Notes: generated by a model not told the origin, from the letters alone. Shown: positions 33,320-47,068, counted from the stretch's first letter. The stretch is 64,000 nucleotides of DNA from Azolla caroliniana (GCA_043228905.1 JBHGNT010000017.1:17050001-17114000); one strand, 5' to 3'. Numbers and translations are program-made.

Positions 33320-36300
33320 CTACTTCAAAAGATTGCACTCTTGCAATATAAAGTGAGGAAATTGTGCCTTAAGCGAATGCTCGCGTTCCCATGTGGCATC
33401 ATCAATAGGTTTATCCATCCATTTGATCTTGAATAGCCGAATCTCTTTAGAACGTAAACGTTTAGTACGAGAATCAAGAATTCGTTCAGGAACATGAGGT
33501 TTGTAAGAAAAATCCTCTAATGTTACAAGATCTTGGATTGTGATGGTGTTATCACCAGAGCCTAAAAATGGTTTTAGACGACTGACGTGAAAAACAGGAT
33601 GAATACCAACGTTACGAGGTAAGGCAAGGTGATAAGCAGATGACCCAACTCGCTTAAGGATTTCAAATGGGCCACAATATCGTGGGGCTAACTTAGCGCA
33701 CTTGCCCGTAGATAATGACGTAGAATCAGTCGGGACACGCAAAAAAACTTTTTGACCAATAGTAAATGCACGAGGACGTCTATCCTGATCAGCATAAAAT
33801 CGAGCACGATCTTGAGCTGTCTTGACATTTTCTTTGGCAATATGCAACATTTGGTTCATGTCTTGCAAAAAATTGCGTGTACTGTCTAATGTATCACGAT
33901 GAATCGTGACATCAACTGGGGCACGTGGCTGAAAACCATACATCAACATAAAAGGACTATATCCAGTGGATGTATGTTTAGAGCTATTATAGGCAAATTC
34001 TAAGATAGGAAGGTATTGCTCCCACTTAGAAGGGGTTTTTGCTACATAAGCTCGAAGCATGTCCTCAATAATTTGATTAACTCGTTCAGTTTGTCCATCA
34101 GACTGAGGATGATCTGCGGAACTCATGCTCAACGTAGTTTCTAGTTTCTTAAAGACCTGAGTCCAAAAGTCACTAGTAAACTTGGAATCTCGATCACTAA
34201 CAATATCCATCGGTAATCCATAAAAACGAAATAACTCATCAACAAATTGATAAGCCAACTGTTGAGCGGTTACCGTGGTTTTTGTAGGAATAAATCTAGC
34301 TAATTTTGTTAGCCTGTCAACGACAACCCATATGGCATCATGACCCCTCTGTGTACGAGGTAAACTAACAATAAAATCCATCGAGATACTTTCCCATTTA
34401 TTGTTGGGAATATCTAAGGGATGTAAAAGACCAGCAGCTTTAAGTCGTTCCGACTTATTAATCTGACATTGTAAGCATTGAGTTACGTATTTATGCACGT
34501 CAGAGCGCATCTTAGGCCAGAAAAAAGTACACGAGATGAGAACGAGTGTGCGTTGTATTCCAGGATGACCAGCAGATGGTGCATCATGACATTCATGAAA
34601 AAATTTCTGTTTAACATTTGGTAAATCTGGAACACAGACCTTTCCACTACGGTAGAGCAAACCGTTTGTAATGTGAAAGGTCGCCTTCGAGGGTAGGGTG
34701 CTAGTATCGGCATCTAAACCAGATTCGGCTTTCGTCCAGTATTTTGAGAAATAACTGTCATCAAGGTATTTCCCTCGAAGGTGATCTAAAAGATCATATT
34801 TTATTTCCGTGAAGCTAAGCATGTTAACTTCTTTAATGCGACTAAGAGCATCAGCAACGGTGTTCATAGAACCCTTGCGATAGCGTATGGAAAAATCAAA
34901 ATCTTGCATAAGGTCAGCCCAACGGCCTTTACGACCAACAAGATCGGGCTGGTCACAAAAATACTTTAATGATTGATGGTCTGTTGTAACCACAAATTTA
35001 TTTCCATAGAGATAGTGCCTCCATGTTTTAAGTGCGTGTATCACCGCAAACAACTCTTTCTCTTGAACCGAATACCGAGATTGAGCAGCATCAAGCTTCT
35101 TACTTTCAAAAGCAATAGGGTGACCACCTTGATAAAGAACTGCACCAATAGCATAATCACTAGCATCGGTTTCAATTGAGAAAGGCTTAGAAGGGTCTGG
35201 TAATAGAAGAGTGGGAGCCTGACACACATGCTCCTTGAGTGTCTCAAATGATTTGTCAAGTTGTTCATTCCATGAAATTGGTTTGACAGACTTACGTGGA
35301 TGACCTTTTAAAAGGTCATTTAATGGCGTAGTCAATTTGGAATAGTTACGAATTGATTTTCGTAAAAATCCAACAAACCCTAAGAATGATCTAAGTTCAC
35401 GAATATTACGAGGAATGGGCCAAAGTTTAACCTTTTCAATACGAGAAGGTTCAATTTCAACGCCATTTTCTGTAATTAAATGACCTAGGTACACAATAGA
35501 TTTTTGGAAGAAGTCACATTTTGAATGTTTTGCATAGAAAGAGTTGTCACGCAACTTTCGCAAAACAAATCGAACATGTTGAACATGATCTTGCAAGGTA
35601 CGGCTATATATCAAAATATCATCCAAGAAGACGACAACAAAATCACCGAGTTGATCTCGGAAAACATCATTCATCGCTTGTTGGAATGTGGCTGGAGCAT
35701 TAGTCAACCCAAACGGCATGACTAAAAACTCATAATGGCCATAGCGCGTACGAAAAGCGGTTTTAGGAATATCATCCTCGGCGATGCGAATATGATGATA
35801 ACCAGTTTGTAAGTCAATTTTCGTAAAATATCGAGCCCCGTGCAAACGATCAATCAAATCATCGGCACGAGGTAATGGATATGCATTCTTAATTGTCATT
35901 TTATTCAAACGGCGATAATTGATACACATTCGCCACGAACCTTCCTTCTTCTTGACTAATAGAACTGGCGCACCCCAAGGTGATTTACTATACCTAATGT
36001 GGCCCATACTCAAGTATTCCTTAAGTTGTTTAGCGATCTCATCCTCTTCTAATCGACTAAGTCGGTAAGGTGGAATGCTCACAGGAGCAGCCCCAGGGAT
36101 GAGTTCAATTTGATGGTCCACATTACGTTTAGGTGGTAAAGTAAGCGGTAATTCAGTAGGAAACACATCTTGAAAATCCTCTAAAATAGAGTCGAGTAAT
36201 CGTTGCTCAAAATGTGGTAATTGTGTGGCGTCAATATTAAAATAATAAAATTGAACCGCAGGATCAATTACACACGAATAAATTAATGAACTAGAATACT

Positions 36301-37723
36301 CACTTAAAGATTTAGAAGACACAAGTGAATGAGAAGGAAGTTTGGAACATTGAATAAAATGTTTACAATTATTAAGTTCAAATGTGATTGAGTGATTAAC
36401 CCAATCAATGGACAAAGAAGGGTTTTTATTAAAAAACCAAGGATATCCTAAAATGACATCTGCGGATTGTAATTTCATAACATGAAAGTCAAGCTTCTCC
36501 AAATAAGTATCTATTTGAATTGGCAGTTGACAAACAATGCCACTGATGTATTGAACGTTTCCATTTGCCATGTGAACTTGATAGATATGATCACTTGCGT
36601 TTATGTGGAGCTCCATTTGCTGCACAAAGTGATCATTAAGAAAATTGTGAGAACTACCGGAATCAAACAAGAAATGTGCTTGTGTTCCATTGATATATCC
36701 GACTGCTCGGAGTAAATCATTAGGTCCAAGTAAATGTGAAGGAAAAGTGCATTCACATAAACTTAAGTGATTGGTATGAACTTCAACAATATCAAAAGAC
36801 TCACCTGTGTGACTCGTAGATTTGTCTTGAGGAGGGGTGTTCATTGACTTCCTCTCAAGACGACGACAGGTATCCTTTGTGTGGCCCCGCTTCTTGCAAT
36901 ATGCACAGAAGAGGTTCGGTTTCTTTAAGTCGCGGTCAAGAGTGTCACTGGATTGCTTACGTTTCCCAATGAACTTGACATTCGGAGTTTTGGCGAACTC
37001 AGGTTTATTGTGGTCTTTCTTGGAAGTCCTATGGTATCGCAGCACAATGTTGACGGCTTCCTCGAAAGTTGTGGGGTCCTTGTCATGGACAATCCAATGA
37101 TAATCCCCATTGGGAATACCATTCAAAAAACAAGCGACAAACCATTTCTCACCCGTAAGTCCCGATTTTTGGATCTAGGTCCGAGCGTGATGCACATAAT
37201 CCTCGAGAGAGGTAAATGGCTTACTAGACAATGTGAGCAAGTGTTGCGCTTGTTCGGTTTGAGAAGGTGGCTGCAAGAATTGTTTCTTAAAAACATCAAC
37301 GAAACCTTCCCAAGTTGTGGGTAAGTTTTTTGCGGTCCTTAGGCCACGCCACCAAGCAGCAGCTCGGCCACCTAACTCACGACCGACATAACCAATTTTT
37401 ACTGCATCGGGCTTGGGATGAAGCTCAAAGTGAGACTCCCAACGACCAAGCCAAGTGCTAATGGCCTCCTTGGTTCTTTCTTTCTTATCTCCCTTGAAAG
37501 GCGTGACTACGAAGGAAGGTTCACCTTCTTTCTTGGACTCAATAGTTAATTCTTGGAATTTCTTTTCCAATGCCATATTGGCTTGTCTCATTTCGGCCAA
37601 TTGATTCAAGGTAGTAGTGAGCAATTGCTCAATAGTGATCTCAGCTTGTGTGCGAGATGCGGATTGGGGTTGAGAGGTCTCATTTGGAGAGATCGTTCCA
37701 ACTGCGTTGAAAACTTGTTCCAT
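33320..37723 (-). pseudogene. gag-pol: Gag-Pol with chromodomain; single in-frame TAG at 37175-37177
   Basis: ORFs 37175-37723 and 33320-37126 are in the same frame. Motifs CAYCKKRGHTKDTC, LFDSGS, FLDD, ETDASD, ISMDF, CGPF and PERILDSR...KIKW...ATWE. Confidence 0.92.
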
Positions 37724-38719
37724 GATGCACGCTGTGGGTATGCAATAAAATAAGGAGGTTCAGAAAATACACAAGCAAAATGAATGCTTGAAATTTTGAT
37801 TGAAAGAACTTTATCCAAGAAAGTATCTCATGTCTTTACCCCTCTAGACATATGAGATGTGATTCGAGATCCGATAACTATGGTAACACTATGGTGTTTT
37901 AAAAACCATGGGGGAAAACATAGCTAAGATGTATTTCTCGGATCTCTATCTTGAGTAATCATGGCGGCTCCCTGAGGCTCAACCATGGTTCTTACATCAA
38001 TGAAATTTCCTAGATAGCCTTATATTAATGCCAACCCATCATGTATTATATGGTCGAGAAAGTGTATTACGTGAAAAAACAAGTGCACTCACAAGTAATA
38101 TTCTAGTCTTGCGAGCAATAAGCAAACGTGATGATAAAATGATAAAATAAGGCAATACTCATAAGAGTTAAGTAGTGACGAAAACAAGGGTAAAAAAAAA
38201 AAAGAACCCATGTGTTACCTACGAAAAAAACAATGTCACAAATAAATGGGAAGTGCAAGGTATGCACATATACATCCCAATATGATTGTTATAACTTGCA
38301 CAATTGTGACATAAGCCACAAATTGATACAAGTGATGACGGTGTTGTGCGCAAAGATGTAATACTCAAATCCATGAGTAAAACATCAATAAGGGAACTCA
38401 TATGGTTTTACTCGTTTTCTAAGGCTTGATGATAAGAGTTAAACCTAGATGACCCGTTGAAAAAAAACGTTCAACAAGCCACTCCATACGAAAAAATAGT
38501 CTACACGTAAAGGTTACATTAAAATAAACGATGTAAATACTTTATACATGAAAAGGAAGTGGAAAAAGGAGAGTTAATTGTGGGCGGGTAAATAATAATT
38601 ACTAGAAAATCATATAAGTGAAACACTACTTATGAAATTAAAATTTAATTAGAATAATCAACAATTAGGTGTATGGAATCAAACATGCCCTAAGATACGA
38701 AACCCTAGGGTAGTTGACA

Positions 38720-39030
38720 TGCACCTCCTCAAGACCACCACATATCCCTAGAATCGGCCAAGTAATGGCTAATTAAAGAGGAAAGTGGCATAGGTAAGTG
38801 ACATATACCTCGTCAAGGCCACATCATCCCTTAGAATCGGCCAATTGATGGCTAATTAAAAAGGAAAGTGGCATATGTAAGCTACATATACCTTGTCAAG
38901 GCCACAACATCCCATAGAATCGGCCAATTGATTGCTTAATAGAGAGTAGAGTGGCATAGGTAGGCAACATACACCTCGTCAAGGCCACATCATCCCTTAG
39001 AATCGGCCAAGTGATGGCTCAATAGAGAGG
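38720..39030. repeat. ~83-bp tandem repeat (~4 copies) in the Gypsy-C 5' UTR
   Basis: CCTCGTCAAGGCCACATCATCCCTTAGAATCGGCCAA-like units at ~38725, 38808, 38891 and 38974. Confidence 0.75.
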
Positions 39031-39628
39031 AAGAGTGGTATACTCAACATCATATGCAACACGGCCATGAGATAAGCGTGTGCGATTAGAGCAAACACGC
39101 TTGACCCAATGCACAAGAATAATTATTATCTTAAGAGTTCAAGAGAGGAGAGAGTGGGATATATATCGCAATATGCAAAAGGCCATGAGTTGAGCGTGTG
39201 CGATTAGTGCAAACACGCTCGGCCCGATGCATAATAATAAGTAAAATCGTAGCGTAGTAGGAGGTAGAAAGAAAGAGAATAAAACGTAATACCAATTTGA
39301 TTCGACCATAAAGAACACATAATAGAAAAAGAGAAGAGATCAAAAAAGAAGAATACCGGGTTTAGAGTGTTGTTTTGATCCTGAGAAGAGCATGACGAGC
39401 CTTGTTAGATCCCCCTCGCTCACACGCAAAAAACATCAAAACAACAAAAAAAATTGTTAGTAAAAGCTCTGATACCACTGTTAAGAGTCTATTACTAATC
39501 AATAGACCAAATCAAGTAATAAGGAAGAAAATAGATTGGATAGAAGAACCCGTTCCACCTGACCACCCCCGAGCTATGATCTAGACATAGCCAACCTACC
39601 ACCGACGTCCCATACCGCCGGATATTAG

Positions 39629-42600
39629 TGTCGAATACCTGTGTATAATGGACGTATTCACACCATCCCGTTTTGGCCATTTATGTAATTAGCATAAAGG
39701 GCAGTTGCCCTAAGTCGGTCACTATATATAGTGACCTTGTAACCTCTTTGTGAGGTTGGTTGTTGTATTGTTGCTTTATGAAATAAGAAACTCTTTTGTG
39801 TCTCTCTCTCTCTCTCTCTCTCTGTGCAACGACCTACATTCTGTCATACACAGGGAATAAACAGGAATCGAGTGCTTCTTGATCTTCCGCACAGACGACA
39901 TTGCTTCCAACATCTGGTATCAGAGCCTGCACAGTAGTCGGTTCTTCAATCCGCTGTCGGCCGTCGTCTCTGCATTCGGTTCCCTGCGTCATTCGAAGAA
40001 GAGAGAAGAAGAAGAAAAACCAGGTTTGCATCTCATCGCGTTAGATCATCTTTGTTTGGAGTAAGCCAGCAGGTTGTACTCCGCTCCCCGTGATCGTAAC
40101 CGCTCGAGGTGAAATCCCCTTGTGCAACCCTGACAACAACCCAAATTCATGCTTCATCTGGCTGATCGACATTCGGGAGGATCAGTCGGATCCGTCTCTC
40201 TCGTCGCTGCAGTCAACCGAAGCAAAATCGGTTCAGATAATCGGTTTTAATAATCGGTATTCGGCATATATATCCGAAACGAACCGGGCTCACTCCGACT
40301 CGGCAACATTCGGGAAGACCAGTCGGTTCTGTCCCTCAAGTTACCGGAGTCAATTCGAGCAAGTTCCGAAGCCGAACCGACTCGGGTTCAAATCCGACTA
40401 GAACGATATCGGGTGAGCCAACCGGCTGCACTCCAACAAGGTTCGTAGTCAACTCCGAACCGAGCTTCGTCAACTGAAACCGAATTTGATGGCATCAACA
40501 TCCGGCTCGTCAGAAATGAGTCTACGAAAGTTCGATGGATCGAACTTCAACTTCTGGAAGGAACAAATGCAGGACTATCTCATAGTCAAGGGGCAGATCG
40601 ATCCCATCGAAAATGAAGAACCTCCAGAAGGATACAAACCAATTGAGTGGCAGAAGCTGGACAGAATCGTCCGCGCCACGATTCGGATGCACCTATCGGA
40701 ATCGGTATACTTTACGGTGCAATCGTGTACGACAGCATTCGAACTGTGGAAAACGCTGTCGGACACTTACGAAAAGAAGGTCGCCGCAACAAAGATGTTT
40801 CTGATCCGGCGCCTCTACAACTTGCGGATGAAAGAATCCGATTCGGTTCAAGCACACCTCAATGAGTACGAAAGCATAAGCTCCCAAATCTCGTCACAGG
40901 GGACGGCAATCGAGGATGAGCTCAGAGCAATGATACTCATGAGCAGCCTTCCCTCATCATGGGAAACTTTCGTCACAACTGTGTGCAACGCGTCAACCAC
41001 GGCTGTTAAATACTCCGAAGTCACGAGCGCAATCCTGACCGAAGCAGCTCGGAGAAAGTCTTTTGCCAAAGACTCAACGGACGACGCTTACGTAGTACAA
41101 GGTTCGACAGACCGATCGAACATACGAGGAAGAGATTCCTCACGACCGCCGAACAATCAGCGAAGACGGAGCCAGTCACGGGATAACCGAACCTGCAACT
41201 ATTGCAAGAAACCCGGACACATCAAAGCCGACTGCCGCGCACTCAAGAACAAGAACAACAAGAAGAGTGGCCGGCATGAGGAGGTCAACTACGTCAGCTT
41301 CTCAGCTGATGTGCTACCAGACGACCCGAATATACTATCAATCGAAAATCCAGTCGGATCAGAAGTTCTACTCACGACTGAAGAGTCGAGCACATGGCTC
41401 TTAGATTCGGGCGCGTCGTTTCACGTGACTCCTCATCGATCCCAATTTCGGCAATATACGATCCGTCACTCCGACTCAGTTCGAGTCGGTAACTCGCAAC
41501 ACTGCGACATCATCGGAATCGGCACAGTAGAGCTCAACCTTGCAGGTGGCTCAACACTTGTACTCCACAATGTCCGACATGTACCCGAGCTCTCAAGGCC
41601 ATTGATCTCAGTCGGACAACTAGATGAAGACGGCATTCGTGCCGGTTTTTCTTCGGGAGGGTGGACACTCCACAGGGGGAACCTCCTGCTTGCTAGAGGA
41701 CCTAAGATACACTCATTGTATCCGCTACATGTTACGCTCAGAGAGGGTAACCTGTTTTTGGTGGATATTCCTGTGTCATCACTATGGCACCGAAGATTAG
41801 GACACCTCAGCAAGGCCGGCATCACGCACCTATCCAGAGCCGGGTACATCCCCAAACTCTCCTTCTCCGACCATCAATTCTGCGAGCATTGCCAGTATGG
41901 CAAACAAGTAGCCGCATCACACCCGACATCAGCACCAAAAGAAACGAGACCTCTCGATTTAGTCCATTCGGACGTCTGTGGCCCAATGCCGCATCAGTCT
42001 CTAGGCGGTGCCTCTTACTTCGTCAGTTTTATTGACGATTCGACTCGAAAGGTGTGGGCTTATCCGATTCGCACCAAAGATCGTGTCTTCTCGATCTTCT
42101 CAGATTGGCTCGCTATGGTAGAAAATCAAACCGACCGAAAGCTGAAATGCCTTCGGACAGACAATGGGGGAGAGTTCAAATCCGATGAATTCGTCAAATT
42201 CTGCCGACAACGCGGCATCCGACGTGAATTTACGGCACCACACAGTCCGGAGCAAAACGGGATTGCAGAACGAATGAATCGGACGATCCAAGAAAGGATA
42301 GTTTCCATGCTCCAACACTCCGGACTGTCGGATGGCTTCTGGGCAGAGGCTCTACTCACGGCAGTACACATAATCAATATGTCGCCAAGTAGACCTCTAG
42401 GACTTCAAATTCCTCAGGAACTATGGATCGGCAGTAAGCCGAATTACGACAAGCTGAGGATCTTCGGATGCGAGGCGTACGCCCTTATTCCGAAAGATGA
42501 TCGCCGAAAACTTGCACCTCGGTCCAGGAAATGCATTTTCCTTGGATATGGATCAGACGGCGAAATGGGATACCGACTCTGGGACCCCGAACGCAGACAA

Positions 42601-44979
42601 ATCGTCCGAAGTTCGGACGTTGTGTTCAACGAGTCGGCTATGAACCCATCAGTCGAAAAACCAATCGAAGTCCGAAGGGTAACATTCTCCGATGTGCCGA
42701 CCCTTCAAGAAGGCCCCGCTCTCAACACACGGTCAGCTTCACGGGTAGCTGAACCTTATACTACCGACTCGGACAACTCTGACTCGGCACAGCCGAATGA
42801 TTCGGTTTCGGACCATCCGACCTCGATACCCGATGCGACCAGTCCAATCATACCTCGACGATCCGAGAGACTGTCGCAACCTCCGGAGAGGTATTCTCCT
42901 GGAATTTTCTTCACCGACGCCGGCGAACCGACGTCTTACGAAGAAGCATCGACATCTGTCGATTCGGCCACCTGGCATCTGGCGATGGAGTCGGAAATGC
43001 ACTCCATCCGTGCAAACAAGACTTGGGATCTGGTCGAATTACCTAAGAACCGACGTGCTCTTCCTTGCAAGTGGGTTTATCGACTAAAAGAGACGTCTGA
43101 TTCGACCACCCCAAAGTACAAGGCCAGATTAGTTGCGAAGGGCTTCCGACAAGAATATGGCGTCGACTTCGACGAGATTTTTTCACCAGTGGTGAAAATG
43201 ACAACCCTTCGTTTTCTGCTCGGCGTCGTGGCAGCCGACAACTTGGAGCTGATTCAGCTAGATGTCAAAACAGCCTTCCTCCATGGTGATCTCGAGGAGG
43301 AAATTTATATGGAGCAGCCAAAAGGCTTCGTGGCAACTGGCCAAGAACATCTAGTCTGCCGACTCAGGAAGAGTCTATACGGCCTCAAACAGGCACCGCG
43401 ACAATGGTACAAGAAGTTCGACGACTTCATCCAATCGATCGGCTTCTCCAAAAGCGATGAGGACCATTGTCTCTTCACCAACACAGCTCAAGATGGATCA
43501 CCCATCTTCCTCATCATTTACGTGGACGACATGCTAATTTCTGGACGCCACGCGGGCGAACTTGCCGATCTCGTTCGGCAACTGCGGTTGAAGTTTGCCA
43601 TGAAGGACCTCGGTCCGGCACGACACATCCTTGGCATGAAGATTAGTCGGCATCGCAATACACGACATCTTTTTTTGTCTCAGACCGACTATATCGGACG
43701 TGTCTTGGAACGCTTCAACATGCAATCAGCCAAATCTGCTTCAACCCCACTCCCTATGAATCTTCGGCTCTCTCAGCGAGACTGCCCGACATCCGGTTCG
43801 GAGGGGGAAGATATGAAGTCGGTACCGTATGCACCGGCAGTCGGCTCCCTTATGTACCTGATGGTCGCGACACGGCCTGACATCTCTCATGCCGTAGGAG
43901 TCGTTAGCAGATTTATGCACAATCCTGGCCGATCGCATTGGAACGCAGTCAAGCATGTGTTCAGATATCTGGCTGGCACAAAAGATCACGGCATTCTTTT
44001 CGGTCCGAACCGAACCTCAGGCGTAGTCGGTTACACCGACTCGGACTTTGCCGGCTGTATAGACAGTCGGAAATCAACAACCGGATACTGCTTCAAATTC
44101 GGCAATGGAGCAATCTCGTGGAAGTCGAAACTTCAGGAGTGCACAGCGACCTCAACGACCGAAGCAGAATATGTAGCTGCGTCCGACGCAGCAAAAGAAG
44201 CTTTGTGGCTCGGTCGGCTGGCGCACACGTTTCGACAAGTCGAACATGACTCGGCTCCAGTTGTCTACAGCGACAGTCAAGGTGCTGTTGCCTTGTCGAA
44301 AAATCCGGTTCACCACAACGCCTCCAAACATATCGACGTTCGATATCACTTCGTTCGGGACTGCGTCATTTCAGGGAAAATCGGTCTAGAGAAAATATCC
44401 ACAACCGACAATGTCGCAGATGGAATGACCAAGTGTCTTTCGGCAGACCGTTTTCGGTCTCTTCGGCATCAGATGGGCGTAACGACAAACCAGTCCGGTT
44501 AGAGCCGGACACAGAGCAGGATGGTTCCCGACAACCGACATCAGTTCCTTAATGATCGGCTTCAACTGTTCCGACCCGACCAGTTCGGTCTTCTGCCTTC
44601 GGACCCTGCCGACTCGAACAAAGCTGATATGTCCGAGAACCTAAGTCTATACCTGTAACCTTAGATAACCCATGTATACGCCCATTACGGGGGAGTGTCG
44701 AATACCTGTGTATAATGGACGTATTCACACCATCCCGTTTTGGCCATTTATGTAATTAGCATAAAGGGCAGTTGCCCTAAGTCGGTCACTATATATAGTG
44801 ACCTTGTAACCTCTTTGTGAGGTTGGTTGTTGTATTGTTGCTTTATGAAATAAGAAACTCTTTTGTGTCTCTCTCTCTCTCTCTCTCTCTGTGCAACGAC
44901 CTACATTCTGTCATACACAGGGAATAAACAGGAATCGAGTGCTTCTTGATCTTCCGCACAGACGACATTGCTTCCAACA
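39629..44979 (+). mobile_element. Copia-3, intact, very recent insertion
   Basis: 284-bp LTRs 39629-39912 and 44696-44979 with no difference seen by eye; PBS 39915-39927; PPT ACGGGGGAG; TSD ATTAG at 39624-39628 and 44980-44984. Confidence 0.97.
40486..44502 (+). CDS. gag-pol: Copia Gag-Pol polyprotein, 1338 aa, uninterrupted
   Basis: CNYCKKPGHIKADC, WLLDSGAS, LVHSDVCGP, QLDVKTAFLHG, YVDD, YTDSDFAG, SKHIDVRYHF. The ATG is at 40489. Confidence 0.97.
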   Translation: MMASTSGSSEMSLRKFDGSNFNFWKEQMQDYLIVKGQIDPIENEEPPEGYKPIEWQKLDRIVRATIRMHLSESVYFTVQSCTTAFELWKTLSDTYEKKVAATKMFLIRRLYNLRMKESDSVQAHLNEYESISSQISSQGTAIEDELRAMILMSSLPSSWETFVTTVCNASTTAVKYSEVTSAILTEAARRKSFAKDSTDDAYVVQGSTDRSNIRGRDSSRPPNNQRRRSQSRDNRTCNYCKKPGHIKADCRALKNKNNKKSGRHEEVNYVSFSADVLPDDPNILSIENPVGSEVLLTTEESSTWLLDSGASFHVTPHRSQFRQYTIRHSDSVRVGNSQHCDIIGIGTVELNLAGGSTLVLHNVRHVPELSRPLISVGQLDEDGIRAGFSSGGWTLHRGNLLLARGPKIHSLYPLHVTLREGNLFLVDIPVSSLWHRRLGHLSKAGITHLSRAGYIPKLSFSDHQFCEHCQYGKQVAASHPTSAPKETRPLDLVHSDVCGPMPHQSLGGASYFVSFIDDSTRKVWAYPIRTKDRVFSIFSDWLAMVENQTDRKLKCLRTDNGGEFKSDEFVKFCRQRGIRREFTAPHSPEQNGIAERMNRTIQERIVSMLQHSGLSDGFWAEALLTAVHIINMSPSRPLGLQIPQELWIGSKPNYDKLRIFGCEAYALIPKDDRRKLAPRSRKCIFLGYGSDGEMGYRLWDPERRQIVRSSDVVFNESAMNPSVEKPIEVRRVTFSDVPTLQEGPALNTRSASRVAEPYTTDSDNSDSAQPNDSVSDHPTSIPDATSPIIPRRSERLSQPPERYSPGIFFTDAGEPTSYEEASTSVDSATWHLAMESEMHSIRANKTWDLVELPKNRRALPCKWVYRLKETSDSTTPKYKARLVAKGFRQEYGVDFDEIFSPVVKMTTLRFLLGVVAADNLELIQLDVKTAFLHGDLEEEIYMEQPKGFVATGQEHLVCRLRKSLYGLKQAPRQWYKKFDDFIQSIGFSKSDEDHCLFTNTAQDGSPIFLIIYVDDMLISGRHAGELADLVRQLRLKFAMKDLGPARHILGMKISRHRNTRHLFLSQTDYIGRVLERFNMQSAKSASTPLPMNLRLSQRDCPTSGSEGEDMKSVPYAPAVGSLMYLMVATRPDISHAVGVVSRFMHNPGRSHWNAVKHVFRYLAGTKDHGILFGPNRTSGVVGYTDSDFAGCIDSRKSTTGYCFKFGNGAISWKSKLQECTATSTTEAEYVAASDAAKEALWLGRLAHTFRQVEHDSAPVVYSDSQGAVALSKNPVHHNASKHIDVRYHFVRDCVISGKIGLEKISTTDNVADGMTKCLSADRFRSLRHQMGVTTNQSG

Positions 44980-45292
44980 ATTAGGATGACTAATACCTTG
45001 GAAGAGATAAACACGATCGTCGAGACGAAAGCCTAGCCCGCACCACCGGTGTCTACGACAGCAGCCTTCCGACGTGATGATCCCTATGAGGGTAGCTAAG
45101 CCTCATATTTATACCTTTTCCTAGGCCCTTTGAATAGATGTGCCTTTCTAAAAGGCTCTCTATTCATTGGTTGTCTAAATCATGATAGTGCATGCACATA
45201 TCATTCATTCTATCCAATCATTAGTCCCCTTTTTAATAATAGTGAACCTACCCTTCACTAATGTAAATATTAGTGACCTACCCTCACCAACG

Positions 45293-46775
45293 TTATGTGT
45301 ACATAACATCTCCTTAGCCAACTCCAAGTCTTCGGGTCTTCTCTCAAGTTTCTTTATCCTTGTTGCTAGAAGCTCTTCTCAACTCATCTTGTTTTCCCAC
45401 GGCATCGCTACCCATGACACGATCGTGTCTTCAATGGGCATCACCGGCTTTTGTCCGTACATGAGTTCAGCTGGCATGAAACCTGTAACTGACCTATGAG
45501 TTGTTCTGTCGGCCCACAAGGCATAAGGTAGTAACCGAGGCCAGTTCCCGACTCGCCCATCGCAAGCTCTTACAATGGCTTTTACGATAGGCATGTGTCT
45601 GCGTTCTATCTTTCCATTAGCCTCCGAGTTATAAGCGGTCGTGAGAGAGAGCTTCACTCCAAGTCATTCAAAGAGTTATGTAGCTTCGTGAGCATTCAAC
45701 TCTCCTCTGTCGGCCACTATCTTTCCCACACATCCATACCGGCAGATGACATCCTTGAGTAAGAATTTACAAACCCCCATCGTCGTTTTGTTTGCTAAGG
45801 CTCACCCTTCTACCTGGTTTGTTAGGTATTCTCTTGCTAGCACCAAATATTTCATTTGGCCCACTCCCATCGGCATCGAAACCAAATCCACCATCCATTT
45901 CAAGTGTATGGTGAGTGGGTAGGTTGGGTGCAACTCATCCCTATGGCGTATGTTTGAGGGTATCAGGCAGCTTTCACACGTCCNNNNNNNNNNNNNNNNN
46001 NNNNNNNNNNNNNNNNNNNNNNNNNNNNNNNNNNNNNNNNNNNNNNNNNNNNNNNNNNNNNNNNNNNNNNNNNNNNNNNNNNNATTATGTGTACATAACA
46101 TCTCCTTAGCCAACTCCAAGTCTTCGGGTCTTCTCTCAAGTTTCTTTATCCTTGTTGCTAGAAGCTCTTCTCAACTCATCTTGTTTTCCCACGGCATCGC
46201 TACCCATGACACGATCGTGTCTTCAATGGGCATCACCGGCTTTTGTCCGTACATGAGTTCAGCTGGCATGAAACCTGTAACTGACCTATGAGTTGTTCTG
46301 TCGGCCCACAAGGCATAAGGTAGTAACCGAGGCCAGTTCCCGACTCGCCCATCGCAAGCTCTTACAATGGCTTTTACGATAGGCATGTGTCTGCGTTCTA
46401 TCTTTCCATTAGCCTCCGAGTTATAAGCGGTCGTGAGAGAGAGCTTCACTCCAAGTCATTCAAAGAGTTATGTAGCTTCGTGAGCATTCAACTCTCCTCT
46501 GTCGGCCACTATCTTTCCCACACATCCATACCGGCAGATGACATCCTTGAGTAAGAATTTACAAACCCCCATCGTCGTTTTGTTTGCTAAGGCTCACCCT
46601 TCTACCTGGTTTGTTAGGTATTCTCTTGCTAGCACCAAATATTTCATTTGGCCCACTCCCATCGGCATCGAAACCAAATCCACCATCCATTTCAAGTGTA
46701 TGGTGAGTGGGTAGGTTGGGTGCAACTCATCCCTATGGCGTATGTTTGAGGGTATCAGGCAGCTTTCACACGTCC
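45293..46775. other. 100-N assembly gap (45984-46083) flanked by a ~690-bp duplicated overlap
   Basis: 45293-45983 is repeated at 46085-46775 (offset 792) directly across the gap. Confidence 0.9.
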
Positions 46776-46983
46776 CAACGAAATGGGCAACATCCTTGTA
46801 CATTCCCGGCCACCGATACTTCTCCTTTAACTTCTCGAATGTTGTCTGGTCCTCTTCCTTTATGACCACTCGTTGTGGCGTCCCCATCCTTCTCTTCGAG
46901 TGCCTCCAGAGGAATCCCCCTCGTAGGAAGTACTTGTACGCTTTCTTTCGGACTCTCTGTGCTTCCTCCTTCGACCATGAACT

Positions 46984-47068
46984 TGTTGGAAGCAATGTCG
47001 TCTGTGCGGAAGATCAAGAAGCACTCGATTCCTGTTTATTCCCTGTGTATGACAGAATGTAGGTCGTT

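Larger units (their letters stand above)
32839..45308 (-). mobile_element. Gypsy-C: near-intact chromovirus inserted in the large Gypsy integrase
   Basis: 3' LTR 32839-33312. The 5' LTR is 39479-39628 plus 44985-45308, split by Copia-3. PBS (GCTCTGATACCA on +) at 39466-39477; PPT GTAGGGGGAGTA; TSD TCTCC at 32834-32838 and 45309-45313. Confidence 0.96.

Noticed and set aside
37175-37177. Programmed stop-codon readthrough in Gypsy-C (TAG also present in the copy at 24137)
   Set aside because: The sister duplicate has CAA at this codon, so the ancestor was probably CAG deaminated on either strand. The stop also lies mid-gag, before the zinc knuckle.
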